Assembly (NCBI GenBank): GCA_013265495.1
Contig: MU057887.1
Span: 2,887,576 to 2,947,575 of the forward strand
Reading direction: 5' to 3'
DNA length: 60,000 nucleotides
Source of the DNA: Vicugna vicugna
Lineage: Eukaryota
Shown: piece by piece, positions 1 through 12,403 of the stretch
Layout of the letters: each line of letters begins with the position of its first letter
How positions within the stretch are numbered: the first letter of the stretch is position 1
The notes under the pieces: generated by a model
Told to the model about the DNA's origin: nothing
What the model saw: only the letters and a program-made list of their open reading frames with translations
Database searches by the model: none
Position numbers and translations under genes: made by a program

Positions 1-249
1 AGACACACCGGGTGATGTAGGTGCTGGGACAGTGCCAACACCAGCATCGTCATCACTGCACCTCTGTCCCTGGGTCCCCTCCTCCCGCCTCCTCCCTGAA
101 CCAGAGCATAATCTCAGGCCCACCTGGCCTGGCGTGGCCCCTCTGCACCTCCCTGTTCCAAGCTGGTCCAGAGCTGCCGTCCCGACGGGCCGTCCTCCCC
201 GGGACGGCTGTGATGCATAATATTTGGGTGGGTGACCTGGCGGGAGTCC

Positions 250-310
250 CTTCCACTCTCTGAGCCTCAGTTCCCTCATCTGTGCAGGAGGTAACCGTGC
301 CCCAGGCTGA
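250..310 (+). mobile_element. MIR SINE core fragment
   Basis: CTCTCTGAGCCTCAGTTCCCTCATCTGT is the MIR core motif. Confidence 0.6.
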
Positions 311-1399
311 GCTCACGGGTCTCCAGGGCTTCGAGAAGGGGACTGATGGACAGGAAACACTTCTAAACACCCAGGGAGTCTCTGCAGGTGAAGGATGGTC
401 ATTGTCCTCCTGTGGCGCCTTCCAGAATATTCGGGAGTGGTCAGGCTCCTGATGGCTGCGTCAGAATGGAGCCACGCCCCGATGCCTCCTGAAGCCCTCC
501 CGCCCATCTGGTCGTCAGCGCATGTGGCGGGAGCAGTAGGCACCGGGCACGTCTCTCCGCTGCGCATGCCTCAGGTGCATCTGGCCTGGTGCAGTCACGG
601 CCACCTGGCTTCAGGTTTTCGTAGGATTGGGGCGCGTGATGGGCTGCAGTGGTGAGAAGACCAGCAGGCGAGGTGGCTGCCCGCCTGGGGGTCCCCCCTT
701 CACACTGTGCAGCCCGGGCCCCAGCGGCCTGGCCGGGAGGAGAGGCCGGGGTCGGGGTGCCCTGCCCTGGAAGGGGCAGGGGTAGCGGGAAGAGACATGG
801 GGCGGGAGAAAGTCGGAGGAGGGGGCATACCAATCGGCCATCCTCCAAACTCTGACCTCTCACTGGGATCAGCCCCATGGCGAGCCGCCTTTGGGGTCCC
901 ATGAAGATCGAGGGTCTCTGCACATCACCCAACCTTCCCGGCCAGCCTGGGGCAGGCAGGGCCTCACACCCCGCCAGGAGCTGAGAGGAAGGATGCAGAC
1001 TTGCTCCCCCTGAGCCTGCCAGCCCGTTCCATCTACAAGGGAATAAAAAAGCATCGCAGCCAAAATACAAACGCAGGCCCGTGAGCAAACGAGCCCCGTC
1101 TGTGGGAGGCAGCACTTCCTGAAGACTTAGAAGCAGGGTGAACTCTGGAAATAGTCCCCTGCGGGAGACACAGGCTCCAGGAGAGCATCTGCTTGTAGCA
1201 TCGGAGACACAGAGGCTGTGACTGTGACCTGGGAGTGCAGAGCCAGAGCAGAAGGCAGCCTGGGGCGAAATGCAACGTGCGGAGGTTTGCTGGGTGGACT
1301 AGAGGCTGAACACAGAAGGGCCCGCCGTCAGGGTGGATGGGGATGTGGACGGAAGCTGCAGACAATGGCAGTGCCCCTGCGGAGGTGGATGCGGTGATG

Positions 1400-3130
1400 T
1401 GGACACATCTCAAACCGAGAGATAACTCATCAGAGATGCAGGAGACGGAGCCAAAGAGAGAGAAGCCATAAGTACAAAGACAGAGGCTCCGCATCCAACC
1501 TGAGGCAGTGGACACAGCCGGGGAAGCCACCAGGGCGAGGACAGAAGGAACGTCCAGGTGACGGTGGTAAGAGAGGTCTGCCGAGAAGCTTCCCTGAGCG
1601 GGGAGCCCCGAACTAGAGCAGAACCAGAGCGCCCAGGGCGGGGCTCCCCACGCCGCCTGGGAATGGAGAGAAGGAAGGAAATCTGTAATCGCCCAGGCTG
1701 TACTGGGGAAGGACATAAGGGCAGGAGGGCAGACGAGCCGCCTTGAACTCAGGAGACCTGAACAAGCGTGAGAGGGAGGACCGTGTCCAGGGATCTGTCG
1801 AGAAAGCGTTCCGCTTGTGAACGCAGTCCTGTGTCTGGTGGTTGTGCTGGACAGAGGACGTAAACAGGACAGCTTTCAATTTGCGAGGATGCGGAAAGTA
1901 TACCACCCACGTACCTTTCCGGAAAAGTCAATGACGGATGTCTGGAGTCAATCAAAGAAATAGCAATGAGTGGCTGGTGACTGGAAAGGTCACAGGCCAC
2001 GGGTAAGAAGATCAGCGGTGACTGTTGATGCCAGCTAACTACGTGGAGCTTGGATAGAACTTATGCCTGTGGCCATGGTGACACCATTGACAGAATTGGC
2101 AACAGTACATTTAACCTTCTCTGTACATTGTGGAGAACATTTTTGTGAAGTAATGAACTGGTTTGTAACCTCGGGTTAAATTGACAATGCCGGCGGGGAC
2201 TGTGGGGAGCTGCAGGCAGAGAAAAGTCAGCATCTCTTCCTGCAGAGAAGGAACTTACATCATTATGGAAATGGCTTAATCACTAAAAGTGCACTTAATT
2301 GACATAAAAGCCACTGCTAATAGAAACAAGACATGATTTCTTCTAAACTACAGTGGAAGAAAAAGCAAGGAAAACTGTGTATAAAGAAATAAATCATGGG
2401 AGGAAGAGAACTGAAAATCAGTGTGGAACATGCTGTTCACGGCAGAAATTCAGCACCAGTGGTGACAATAAATGTAAGTGGGTTAGCATCTTCTGCTAAA
2501 AGACAAAGACTATCAAATCAGGTTTTTTAAGTAGTCAAATGTGCGTTGCCTTCTAAGGGCACTCGTACAAGCAAACAAAGAGTTTAAAAGCAAATAATGA
2601 ACAAGGAGGTACCAGGCAAATGAAATGGAAAGCAAATCGTAGGTAAAATGATGAAATTGGAGCAACCCGGGGGCGTGTGTTAGCACACATTAGACGCACA
2701 TATGATTGGTGACACACATCGATCCATTATAGTTCAGGTGTCCCAGAAACCTTCGCGTCCTGATTAGCGTGAGTTTATAGGAAGCAAACCCAGTTACAAG
2801 TAAACGAACTGACCATAAACACAATTTTTAGTTGGAATTTAAACAACTCTTAGATCCGTGTTAAGGTCAAGTAAACGCCACTGATAACGATGCTAACCAG
2901 AGCCGGGGCAAAGAGGTTTTGAATAATAAACGCCACGATCGAGTCTGCAGCCGCATTCTCAGCAGGCTTTTTCCGATTTCCTGCCATTTGCGAAACCTCC
3001 ATGAAAGTGTCCATGAGCCAAGTTTCTAATTAAACCTCAAGAAGAGCAAGGAGTTTGCCAGCCTTCTTTTCCAGTCACAACGCAGTGTGTTTAAAACTAT
3101 ACCCAAAATAACCATCATAACGCTGGCAAC
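1400..3130 (+). mobile_element. Old degraded LINE-1 (ORF1 remnant to ORF2 endonuclease region)
   Basis: A-rich + strand; ACAATAAATGTAAGTGGGTTAGCATC...AAAAGACAAAGACTATCA (~2465-2515) resembles the start of L1 ORF2. No intact ORF. Confidence 0.5.
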
Positions 3131-3264
3131 CGGAACCTCCCTGTAATTCATTAGCTGAGGGATGGAGTAAAATCTGCAGCCACGCCCACAGGTCACATGG
3201 GGGTGCGAGGTCAGCCTTCCCGGTTCCGTTCCTGGGCAGAGAAGCTGTAATCAGCTTACCTCAG

Positions 3265-3400
3265 GGACCTGACTTCGCCCCCGTGGCTCAGTTTCTGCAT
3301 CTGTAAAATGGGCAGGATGCTCTTCCCCAGCTCCCGGGGCTGCTGTAAGGACGGGAGGAGTTAGAACCTTGACAGCGTTCCTCGGGGCCAGCGCTTACCG
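3265..3400 (+). mobile_element. MIR SINE fragment
   Basis: GCTCAGTTTCTGCATCTGTAAAATGGG...GGGCTGCTGTAAGGA is the MIR core and 3' part. Confidence 0.7.
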
Positions 3401-4269
3401 GACCATGACGTGTGTGTATTTGAGTTACTGTTAAGCCTCATTTCGAACGTGCTGAGGATAACACGGGGCACCAGCAGGTCTGCGGACGGATGGACTCATC
3501 TGTGTACTTGTGTCTTCAGTCACTTTATTTTTAACTCAGGAAGAATGAAAACAAAGAACCCAAGCTCTGGGAAAAGCCATCCTCAAAAAGAGAGGAGAAA
3601 ACTGTAAAGATGACAAAGAAAAGTTAATCACTGTTTCTGAAAGCATGGAATTGATTGTTGCATCTCTGGCAACACGAGAGAAATGCGTTTTTACCTCTGT
3701 CATGTGTAAATTTTTTTTAAGTTAGAAAGTCAGCCTGGAGGGAGGAAGGGAGGTCAGCATGCACTGCGGCCTCGCGTGACTCAAGTTGGTCCTGCGCAGC
3801 CGGTCTGCCGAGCGCTCTGTGTGGAAACTGGATTGCATGTATGATTTTCTGGGGGGAAATCACCAAAAATAAGTAAAGGAGTGGGAACGGCTAAAATTCC
3901 CCAGTGAAAGTTCCAGACCGAGAGGTTTTAACTGGCGTGCTCTTGATAATGCTCGGAGCGCAGGGATCTCTTCCCCTCAGACTGGGAAATGTGGAAATGA
4001 CCACTCTCCTCGTAGGAACTAGTGAAATCTTGATGCCGGAAAGGTCCCGAGAGTAAGAAAAGTGCACAAGAAAGCCGCTTTGTTCAACAAAGACTTCTGA
4101 GTCTGTGACGTGGGCTGGGGCCGCGCCTGGCCCTCGGGGAGCAGGCATTGTTCTGGGGGTGCAGGTACCTCTCTGGGACCCCGGCCTCCTGGAACGCGCC
4201 TTCTCTGGTGGCAGTGATGACTGGGACACACGTCTTCCTGACCTGCGTGAAGGAGCCACAGGCTGACTT

Positions 4270-5110
4270 CTGCAGTCCTTTCAAAAAAGGCCAGCACACA
4301 GTAGGTTTATGTAAGAGACGTAAATACATTTTAATATTTCAGAATCCAGCGGAATGACCAACCACATCAGGAAAAAAATAAAATATGTGTCCTAATTCAG
4401 AAGACGCTGCAAAAGGCACCAGGCAGACACTGGGTTTATTTCTCAGAAGACATCAGAGGAGTGACCGCCCAGACCTCCAGGCCAGCCTACAGGAAAAGGC
4501 GGGCCTCCCTGCAGCCCGGCGTCCCCCCGAAACCAAAGCCACCTTGCACTGAGGCGGCCCTGCCCCACCTGTACCAGGGCCGAGGCCCGGGCCAGCTGTC
4601 GTGAGGCTGGCCTGCAGTCACCTGGGGACTGGGGACTTCTTAGCGAAGCTCCGGCAGATGCACTCCCAGAAGTGTTTGATGGGAGAAATGCAGTCAGTGG
4701 TGCTTACAGACAAGGAACAAAACTCTGGAGAGTCACCTGAAATGCCTCGGAAACTAATTAGGAAGTTTATTAAATTGGACCCATCATGAACGTGGAAGGT
4801 TCTCCACTTGTATTCGGCCGTAAGCTTTCATAGACACAGACGAGCTGCGGTCCAGATCAGAGGTCGGCAAACTGCCACCTGCTGGCCGGGTCCGGCCCCC
4901 GGCCTACTTTTGTAAACAGCAGGTGCTGGGAAAACTGGCGGACATGCAAGTTGGATCCTGAGCCTCGCACCACATCCCAGGTTAAATCCCCGGGGATTCC
5001 AGTTGTGACCTATGACACCTGAAATTCTGAGACGGCGGGGGCCCAGTCCAGGTGAACATTCGTGCTCGGGGAGGGAGGGCGCTGCACAGCAGTGCTCAGT
5101 AATGACTGGT
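4270..5110 (+). mobile_element. Degraded LINE-1 ORF2 fragments
   Basis: AAGTTGGATCCTGAGCCTCGCACCACATCCCAGGTTAAATCC (~4948) and GAAACTAATTAGGAAGTTT resemble L1 ORF2 segments around and after the RT domain. Confidence 0.5.
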
Positions 5111-7760
5111 GATGGCAAGTGATGGTCGCGGACACTCAGTGATGCCATCCTGGCCACGCACACAGATCCACCTGTCCAGGCTGACAGCCACCAGGGCCCG
5201 CGTTTTAGATGAGGACACCGAGGCCTTCCGCAGGGCCCCCTCTCAGGTGCAGCCCTGACTCACCGTGACATCCCAAACTTCGGAAAGTCAAGCTCCCCCC
5301 CAGAGAACAGAGGCAGAGCACAAGGTGGGCATCGGGGGACCCGCCCAGCAGGAGCGGGTTCCTAACCCCGGGGTGGGGTAGCACGCAGACACGGGCGCAC
5401 GGCCCAGAGGTGGGGAATTCCTAAAACCGAAAGCGGGGACGGCCTCGAGGGTGCCGGTCAGCGCGGAGACTTGCCCGTCTTTCCCGAAAGCGCTCAGACG
5501 ACGTCATGGAGAGAATCAGAAATGCGTGTTTTAGCCCCTTTGGAAAAGTCTGGCAGTGGCTCAAAATGTCAGACACAGAGCTGTGACCCTGCACTGCTCT
5601 CCCGACGCTGCTGCAAACAGACAGATGTGGAAGGACATTCGAGCCGGAAAGGGTTTGACTGACAGGGGCTGGCGGCTGGCAGGGTCACTGCACCCTCCGC
5701 TGAGTCCAGTGCGGAGGTGACCTCCCCACCCCTTGAAAGCAGACACAGGAAATGGATCAGCGAGGGTGGACCCGAGCTTCCCGGGCACGCGGGCCGCCCT
5801 CACCGCTGCGCAGGGCCAGGGGTCAGCGGGAGCCCCTCTGCTGCCACCTCCGAGGCTGCGTCCCCCGCCCGCCCACCCTGCCGTCGCCAGGCCGCCTTGC
5901 TGGCGTCGCGGTTGAACTTGGGCAGACAGGGCAGCTGTGAGCCGCAGTCGGCCGGGGCCGTCGTCCTCTGATGCCAGCGGGGCTCTCGTTGCTGGCCCGG
6001 GACTGGATTAGTCAAGTGACGGGTGGGACTTCAAAGGCCGACTCGGCCTCCGGACAGAGAGGGCACGGATCTGAGGCTGGTATGCACTTGTCAACACTCC
6101 TTTAAGAAAAGCCGCAGGAAGCTGGCGGTCCCAGGCCAGTTGAGTGTGTGTGGCTGTCCAGGCAGCCTGCTGCAGAGCTGGGGTGACCTGGGTGACGCCT
6201 GGCCGTCCTGGGACACGGGCACAGGGTACCAGCAGCATCGAGGCAGTGGGGGCAGCATCCTGTCTCCCTGGAGGGCATGGGTGGGGCTGAGCTGGGCCAA
6301 GTATATTCCGTGAGGGGAACAGGGCCAGCCTCAGCCTGGGGGCCTCGTCCAGCGGGGCACCTCCGGCAGGAGCCGGGCGGCACCTGGACAGGATGCTGCA
6401 GGGGTCCCGGGCCTCCCTCGGGTGGAGTGGAGCCCTTAGCGGCTTCCCTAACCCAGGACCCAGTGAGCCTGAGGCCAGGCGCCCACCACCTGCAGGGTGG
6501 GCGGAGCCAGGGGTCCCTGCCTGAGGCCCGGGGCCGGGCCCTGGACTGGGGAGCGTTAGTTTTCGGTGCTGGGTACACACTTCTGGACCGGGAACCGTCT
6601 TACCGCTCGGCGGGTTGGAGGCCCAGCATGGCGCGGCCGCCTCTCTGCCTGGGGCTCGTGAGGGGAGTCGAGGTGCGGGCCGGGCTGCACTCGCCGGGGG
6701 CTCGGGAAGCACCCTGTCCCAGGCCCCCTCCCAGGCGGCAGGATTTGGGTCCCGGGTGCTGTAGGACTGAGGCCTGCTTCCTCGCGCCTGTCGCTGGGGG
6801 CCTGGCTGCCCCGGAGGTCGGCACGCTCCTCCAGGCGGCGCCCCGACCTGGGTGGCGGCAGGGTCGGGGCTGTGCGTCTGTCCCTGGCGCCCCTGGTGGC
6901 TGTGGTTCTGCTGACAGGGTCTCCCCCCGACACTCGTGTGTGGGCGCCACCTCTGTCCTGCCTCCACTTTTAGAAGATGGAGTAAGAACTAAGGCGCCTG
7001 TGGGACCTGTGACCGCAGGTCGTCCGGGCCGGCCGTCTCTGCATCCTCCGCCTCGTCCTGCTCGCCACGGTCCCGGGGCGTGCAGTTTACCTCCAGCAGC
7101 CTCCTGGCTGCCCTGTGCGGTGCGGGCCGCGCGCTGCTCCCCCGGGCGGTGGGCCGGCGGCCGCTGCAGGGCCCTGGGCCACGGTGCCGGGTGCTTCCCT
7201 GAGAGAAGGGGGCCTGGGCTGTGGCGGGACTTCGTGAACAGACAGCCTTGGCAAACCTCCACCCCCGGGGAACCCCATGACGGGTGCCGTCACTTTCTCT
7301 GGGACTAAGGGCCCAGTTTCCGTTTATTTACTCCAGGGCTCATAGACCCAGAGAAGCCAAGACGGAGCATTCTTGGGCCCTGATTCTCGGACGTGCAGGC
7401 GTCCTGCGGGAGAAGGTGAGGGGGTCCTGGTGAGCTTGTCGGGGGCAGCCGTGCTCTGCTCGCACCCTCTCCTCCCGTGGAAGGGGGAGCCGTGCGCCTG
7501 TGTGGTCCCGATTCAGACGCCCCTTTAGAGGATGTGGAGACGGAGGCTCTCAGCCACATTCTTCCCAAGACCCCAGACCTCACCGGTGACAGACCCCAGC
7601 CGAGCTCTGTCGGGGAGGGGTGATGGTGAGGCAGGGAGGGCGCACTGGGGTGGCTGCAAGGAGGTGACTGCTTCCGGGGTCCTGCACCTCACACTGTCTG
7701 AGCCCCGGGTCAGCACGGCCACGCAAAGGCCCCCAGGGCCGGGCAAGCAGCTGTCCAGAA

Positions 7761-7828
7761 TACACACACATGCGCACACACTCATGTGCACCACACATGT
7801 GCACACACACCCCTGCACCTACACACAT
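7761..7828. repeat. Degenerate (CA)n microsatellite
   Basis: Interrupted CACACA tracts. Confidence 0.75.
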
Positions 7829-10800
7829 TCACGTCGAGGTTCCTTTTCAAATGCCGGTGAAGGCCGCCATGGTTCTGTGGGACGCTTCTGTCACTGGCGT
7901 TTAATCAGCCTCCCACACCTCTGCGGTCTTTGTCGGTCTTTTTCAAGCAGGGGCCTTCCTCGCAGAAAAGCTGGGGATGAGGCCCTCGGAGCTGGTAGAG
8001 GCCCCGAGGAAGTACTGGGTGGTCACTCACCACAGGACCCCCCAGGGAGCGGGTCTGAATCACCACGTTAACGGCTACTCGCTGATCACCCCTCAGAGTC
8101 AAGGGTGGATTTGCCATCAAGGGGACACCGTGGTGTGGCCTCTGACCTAGCCCTGCTTGGAATTTACAGCGACCAACCTGCATAAAGTAAACTCCAGTCT
8201 GGTTCTCTGTAAAAGCTAAGTAGAACAGCACACACCTTCCCCGAAGGGCCCTGGCACCCCCAGCGTGCCTCCTTCCCCAGCTCTCTGCCTCATGGCACAG
8301 AAGGGCTGCGTGGCCAGTGCTGGCCCGCATTCGCTCAGTGCCCGGGTGAGAGCAGTCTGTTGCCTGCCCCCCGGTTCCCTCCCGTCCAGGTGCCACGTCC
8401 TCGCAGGCAGCTGAGCGATGGGCATTGCGATGGCGAAGACAGATAAGATGCCTGGAGCAGCCCTGCTGCGTCCGGAGCTGATGTCTGATCTCCAGGCTCC
8501 CTGTTCGGGTTCGTAAAGCCTGAGAAGCGCGTTAGGGCAGGCCTGGGGAGGGGGGCTGGGTGGCTCCAGCCGCCCCCCAGGTCTGCCTTCAGCAGCCTGC
8601 TCTGGCGCCCTCTCCATCTCCTTCTGCTGGGGAGCCCTTCCCAGCGCTCAGTCTCCCGCACACTCAGCCCTCCATCCCCTGTGGTTCAGCTACTCCGCCA
8701 TCTGCAGCAGCCCCGCGCCCCGGCCAGCAGGCGCTGCGTCAGCGTCTGTCCTCCCACCCGCAGGGTCCGCTCCGCAGGGGTGGTCTGAGCAGGGCCCGAA
8801 CGTGCTGGCTCTTTCCAGTTCACTCGAGCTCCCCGCTCTGCCTGGGTGCCCACCTCACTCCTGCCCTTTGCTGGTCCTTGATCGACGCAGCAAAGAGCTC
8901 ATCCTGCAGCCTGGCTCCTCCGGTCCTGGAGCTGAGTGGCTGCGGTGCGTTAAGGCCAAGCAGGAGCCCTGCTCACTGAGGCCCCGGAGAGGAGGGCCCC
9001 CGGCCTGTGCTGAGCCTGGAGAGGCTGACACGGCACCGGAGCCCTCGCCGGGGGTGCGGTGGGAGGACAGAAGTGGGGACCCTGCGGCCACCCTGGCTTC
9101 TCCCCGCTGGCTGTGTAGCCTCTGGGGGCTCCTGACTTGGGTCCTCGCTGTGTTTGGGGGAAGATGACGGACAGAGTTGCCCACCTGCTCTGCCTGGAGC
9201 GGGGCCGGCTGGCTGTTCCACCTGCTCCATAAGCACAAGAAGACACGAGGCAGCTGAGAGCCCTCGGATCACTTACCTGAGGACCCGCTCTTCCACGAGC
9301 AGTGGCTGTGGCTGAAGGGCGTCCCCAGGGTCACAGGTGGAAGCCCTGACCCACAGCAGGACTGCATCTGGAGGCATGGAGGTGCCTGAGGTTAAATGAG
9401 GTCCCAGGGTGAGTCTGACCCCACAGGAGCATGGTCCTGCTATGAAGCGGACGAGGCAGAGAACGGGCCACGTGTGGACGGCGTCCACACGGGGGTGGGC
9501 GGTACCCAGAGGACCAGCCCAGCCACACCTGGGTCCCAGACTCCAGCCTCTTCCTGACATGACCTGGAGCTGTGTCCCGGTCTCGGTGTGGGTGTGGGAG
9601 CCCCTGTTCCTTCACTGATGTGGCTCTGGGGCAGCGAAGCCCCGGGCGGGGACGGCTGGCGGCCCTGGCGGCCTGCAGGAGCCCCGCCTGCTGCTGTTAG
9701 CACCAGAGGTGCCTGTGTCTTCGCCCTCTGTGAATTCAGGCACGTCCGTCCACGGAAAGCTTAGCTTCTGGCCGCTCAGCCCGGGGCCCCAGGGAACGCA
9801 TCCTTGACCTCATCCAAGGGGGAGGCTCAGCTGGGCACAAGAGGCCCCCAGGACCGGGGCCAATGCCTGGACACAGGTGCAGGCAGCTCTCGGATGGAGC
9901 CACGTTCCTCCTGCTGCCCCCGACTGTGGGGTCCCCTGATGGACGGGCCGTCCCCGCACACCCGCGTGGGACACGAAGGCGGAGATGACTGGTCACAGCC
10001 CTGCCACCCAGTGAAGGGAGCCCCCCACCCCAGTGCGATAGACTGTAATGGAGAATCCCACAGATTACAGGAAGGGAGGCGGCCCCGGATCCAGCTGCAC
10101 ATGGACAGAGCAGAGGCAGAGAGGGGCCGGGCCAGGGCGGGAGAGCCCCAGGCCTGCTTCTGTTCTGCCTGGGGGTGGAGGTGCGGGCTGGGGGCGGGGG
10201 ACCATCTCTGCTTCTGCCGCACCGGGCGGGAGGCTCTCCGACCCCAGAAGAGGACAGTGGTGTGGGGCAGGGGGCCAGCTCTCCACCCTGATCTGGATGC
10301 TCTGCCAGGTTTTTCAGCAGAAACCAGTGCCCAGCCCGCACTGTGTCACGGGACACAGGCCATGTCACGCCCGGGCTCTGCGCCCCGCGTCCCTGCCCTT
10401 CTGGGCCTGGCCTGAGTAAGTGGAGACAGAGCGACAGCTGAGCCCCACCCGGCCCCCACCCCACCCCCTGCCCCTGGGGCTTCTCTCAGGAGCCCCCATC
10501 ACCTCCAGGCACCTGCTCGTGGCCGAGCGGGCCCCACGTCTGTCCTCACTTCCTCGGGTGGGTGCCCGCCAACCTGGAGCCTCAGGCAGCCTTGGGGCTG
10601 GGGGCGGAGACACTGACGCTCCCAGGACCCCTTCAGCTTTGGTCCAGCGCTGCCATCAGCCTGCAGGTGGTCCTGGGCCTGAAACACCTGAACACCAGTG
10701 AAGCGGCCCCCACCGATGGGTCCAGGGTACTGCCGCATACAGCTGGGGACGAGAGGGCAGGATGCAGGGAGGCCTCGGGGGGCCTGAGGGTCTCCAAGCT

Positions 10801-12364
10801 GCTCCCTGGAGCCCTGTGCCTGCCGCCGGGTTCCAGGGCCACGGACTTGGGGGAGGGGAGGCCGGGTGAGTCCTGACCAGCGGGCAGCTTCTCTTCCTGG
10901 CTCCTGGCCGGCATCGGGAGCTGCAGGGGTGAATGCGGCACACTGGCCTGGCAGGGCTGGGGGAGACGTGAAGACCGGGTGCCCCAGGGAGAGGCGTCAT
11001 CTGTCCGGGGTGGAGGCCAGTTCCAGCCAGTGTCCAGACTCCCCCTGAGCTCACTGGGTGAAGACAAGGCCCCTCTCCCGGCCCCCACCAGCTGTTTCCA
11101 GGACAGGGTGAGTGGGCAGGGCAGGTCACAGGTGGTGCCCCGGGTGGAGCTGTCTGCAGAGGGATGGGGAGGGTGGGGCTCCAGGTGAGCAAGGACAGCG
11201 GGCGCACAGCCTGGCGCGGCCGAGGAATTGAGAGCAGCCAAGAGGCCGCGGTTCGGCCAGCATGGCAGGGACAGGGACCTGCGACATGGGCGGGGTTGGA
11301 TGGGAGTCTGCTGGGAGCCCCAGGGAGGAGGCACGGCTCAGGCAGGATGGGGTGGATCCAGGGCCCAACAGGAGCCTCTGCAAGGAGAGGTGGGGGGTCA
11401 GAAGCTGAGCTGGGATTTCTGGGGCCACCCAGCCTCTAAGAACAGGCCCCCAGCCCATCTGGAGAGGCCCCTCCTGGGCCCCTCACACCTGCTTGGTCCA
11501 GTGTCCTCCGTTCCCACCCCAGAGCTGAGCCCTGCAGGGAGACAGGGCAGGAAAAGGCAGCCCCAAGCCCTACCGAGCCCGGTCCTGCAAGGCAGTGGCC
11601 ACCAGGAGACTGTCTATGGGATGTCAGGCTCCGGGCTCCCTGCCTGGGACTGGGGCCTCCCTAGAGGACAAGGGGACCAGTGCCCAGTGGAGACGTAGCG
11701 GGGGAGGCTTCTAGAGCCAGGGCCCCACCGCTGTGGCTGCAGCGCTCCGTGGAAGCTGTAGGCTGTTCTGTCTCCATCATTTTAATGGTGATACTCCTGC
11801 TGCCCCAGAGTCGAGACTGGGAACTGGCAGGTCACCGCACGGCCGTGAGCTGCGTGTCCTGTCGCATTTCCTGGGACTCTGGGACAGTGGGGGCCTCGTC
11901 AGCCAGCACGTGTGTGCCACCCCAGCCCTGCAGCCTCCCAGGAGCCCTGTGGGTGTGAGACACACACGTTCCCATCACTCTGCTCGGTACAGCTATGCCG
12001 CACCCGCTGTGTGCAAGGCCTGGTTGGGGAAACAGGTGGATGTAATGCATGGGGTGGAGGACACACAGCCCAGACCGGCAGCCGACAGTGCTCCGCCATG
12101 CTCTCCGCCATGGCCAAGGGCCGGGGGGGTGCCCAGGGCACGGAGGAAGGAGGAGTCCCTGGGGCTTCTCTCTGTGGCAAGCGTAGATTTCTCCTCCAGC
12201 CTTCAGGTCAGAAATCAAGTTTTATGTCCCCACGAAGGTCAGCTGGCATCTCTTAAGCACACTGTCCGGGCAAGGCCAGCCTCCCAGACATTTGCTGGGT
12301 TCTGCCATCCCCGACCGGGGCCCTCCAGGTCCACAGAGGCTGGGGGCCCTCCAGGTCCACAGAG

Positions 12365-12394
12365 GCTGACGGCCCTCCTCTCTTTGCTCCACAG
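12365..12394 (+). promoter_or_regulatory. TAFA5: Branch point, polypyrimidine tract and 3' splice acceptor of the TAFA5 terminal exon
   Basis: CTGAC branch motif (A at 12369, 25 nt upstream of the acceptor G), then a pyrimidine tract and AG at 12393-12394. Confidence 0.8.
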
Positions 12395-12403
12395 GTCTCC
12401 TGA
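12395..12403 (+). CDS. TAFA5: Last coding bases of TAFA chemokine-like family member 5 (FAM19A5): Val-Ser-stop
   Basis: cag|GTC TCC TGA matches the TAFA5 C-terminus ...KTTT|VS*. The downstream sequence (TGACAAACGCAGCCCC...GGGGCCCCGGGAGTGGCCTTGGCTCCCTG and the AT-rich blocks) matches my recollection of the mammalian TAFA5 3' UTR. Not confirmed by a search. Confidence 0.88.
   Translation, partial: VS

Larger units (their letters stand above)
1..12394 (+). other. TAFA5: Distal part of the last intron of TAFA5
   Basis: Ends at a canonical acceptor (polypyrimidine tract CCCTCCTCTCTTTGCTCCACAG). The preceding TAFA5 coding exon (...WTCTQPGGRIKTTT) is not seen in the sequence or ORF track, so it lies upstream of the window. 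Confidence 0.8.

Noticed and set aside
6008..7308. Overlapping 319-aa (-) and 343-aa (+) ORFs
   Set aside because: Open on both strands in very GC-rich intronic DNA; no homology recognised.
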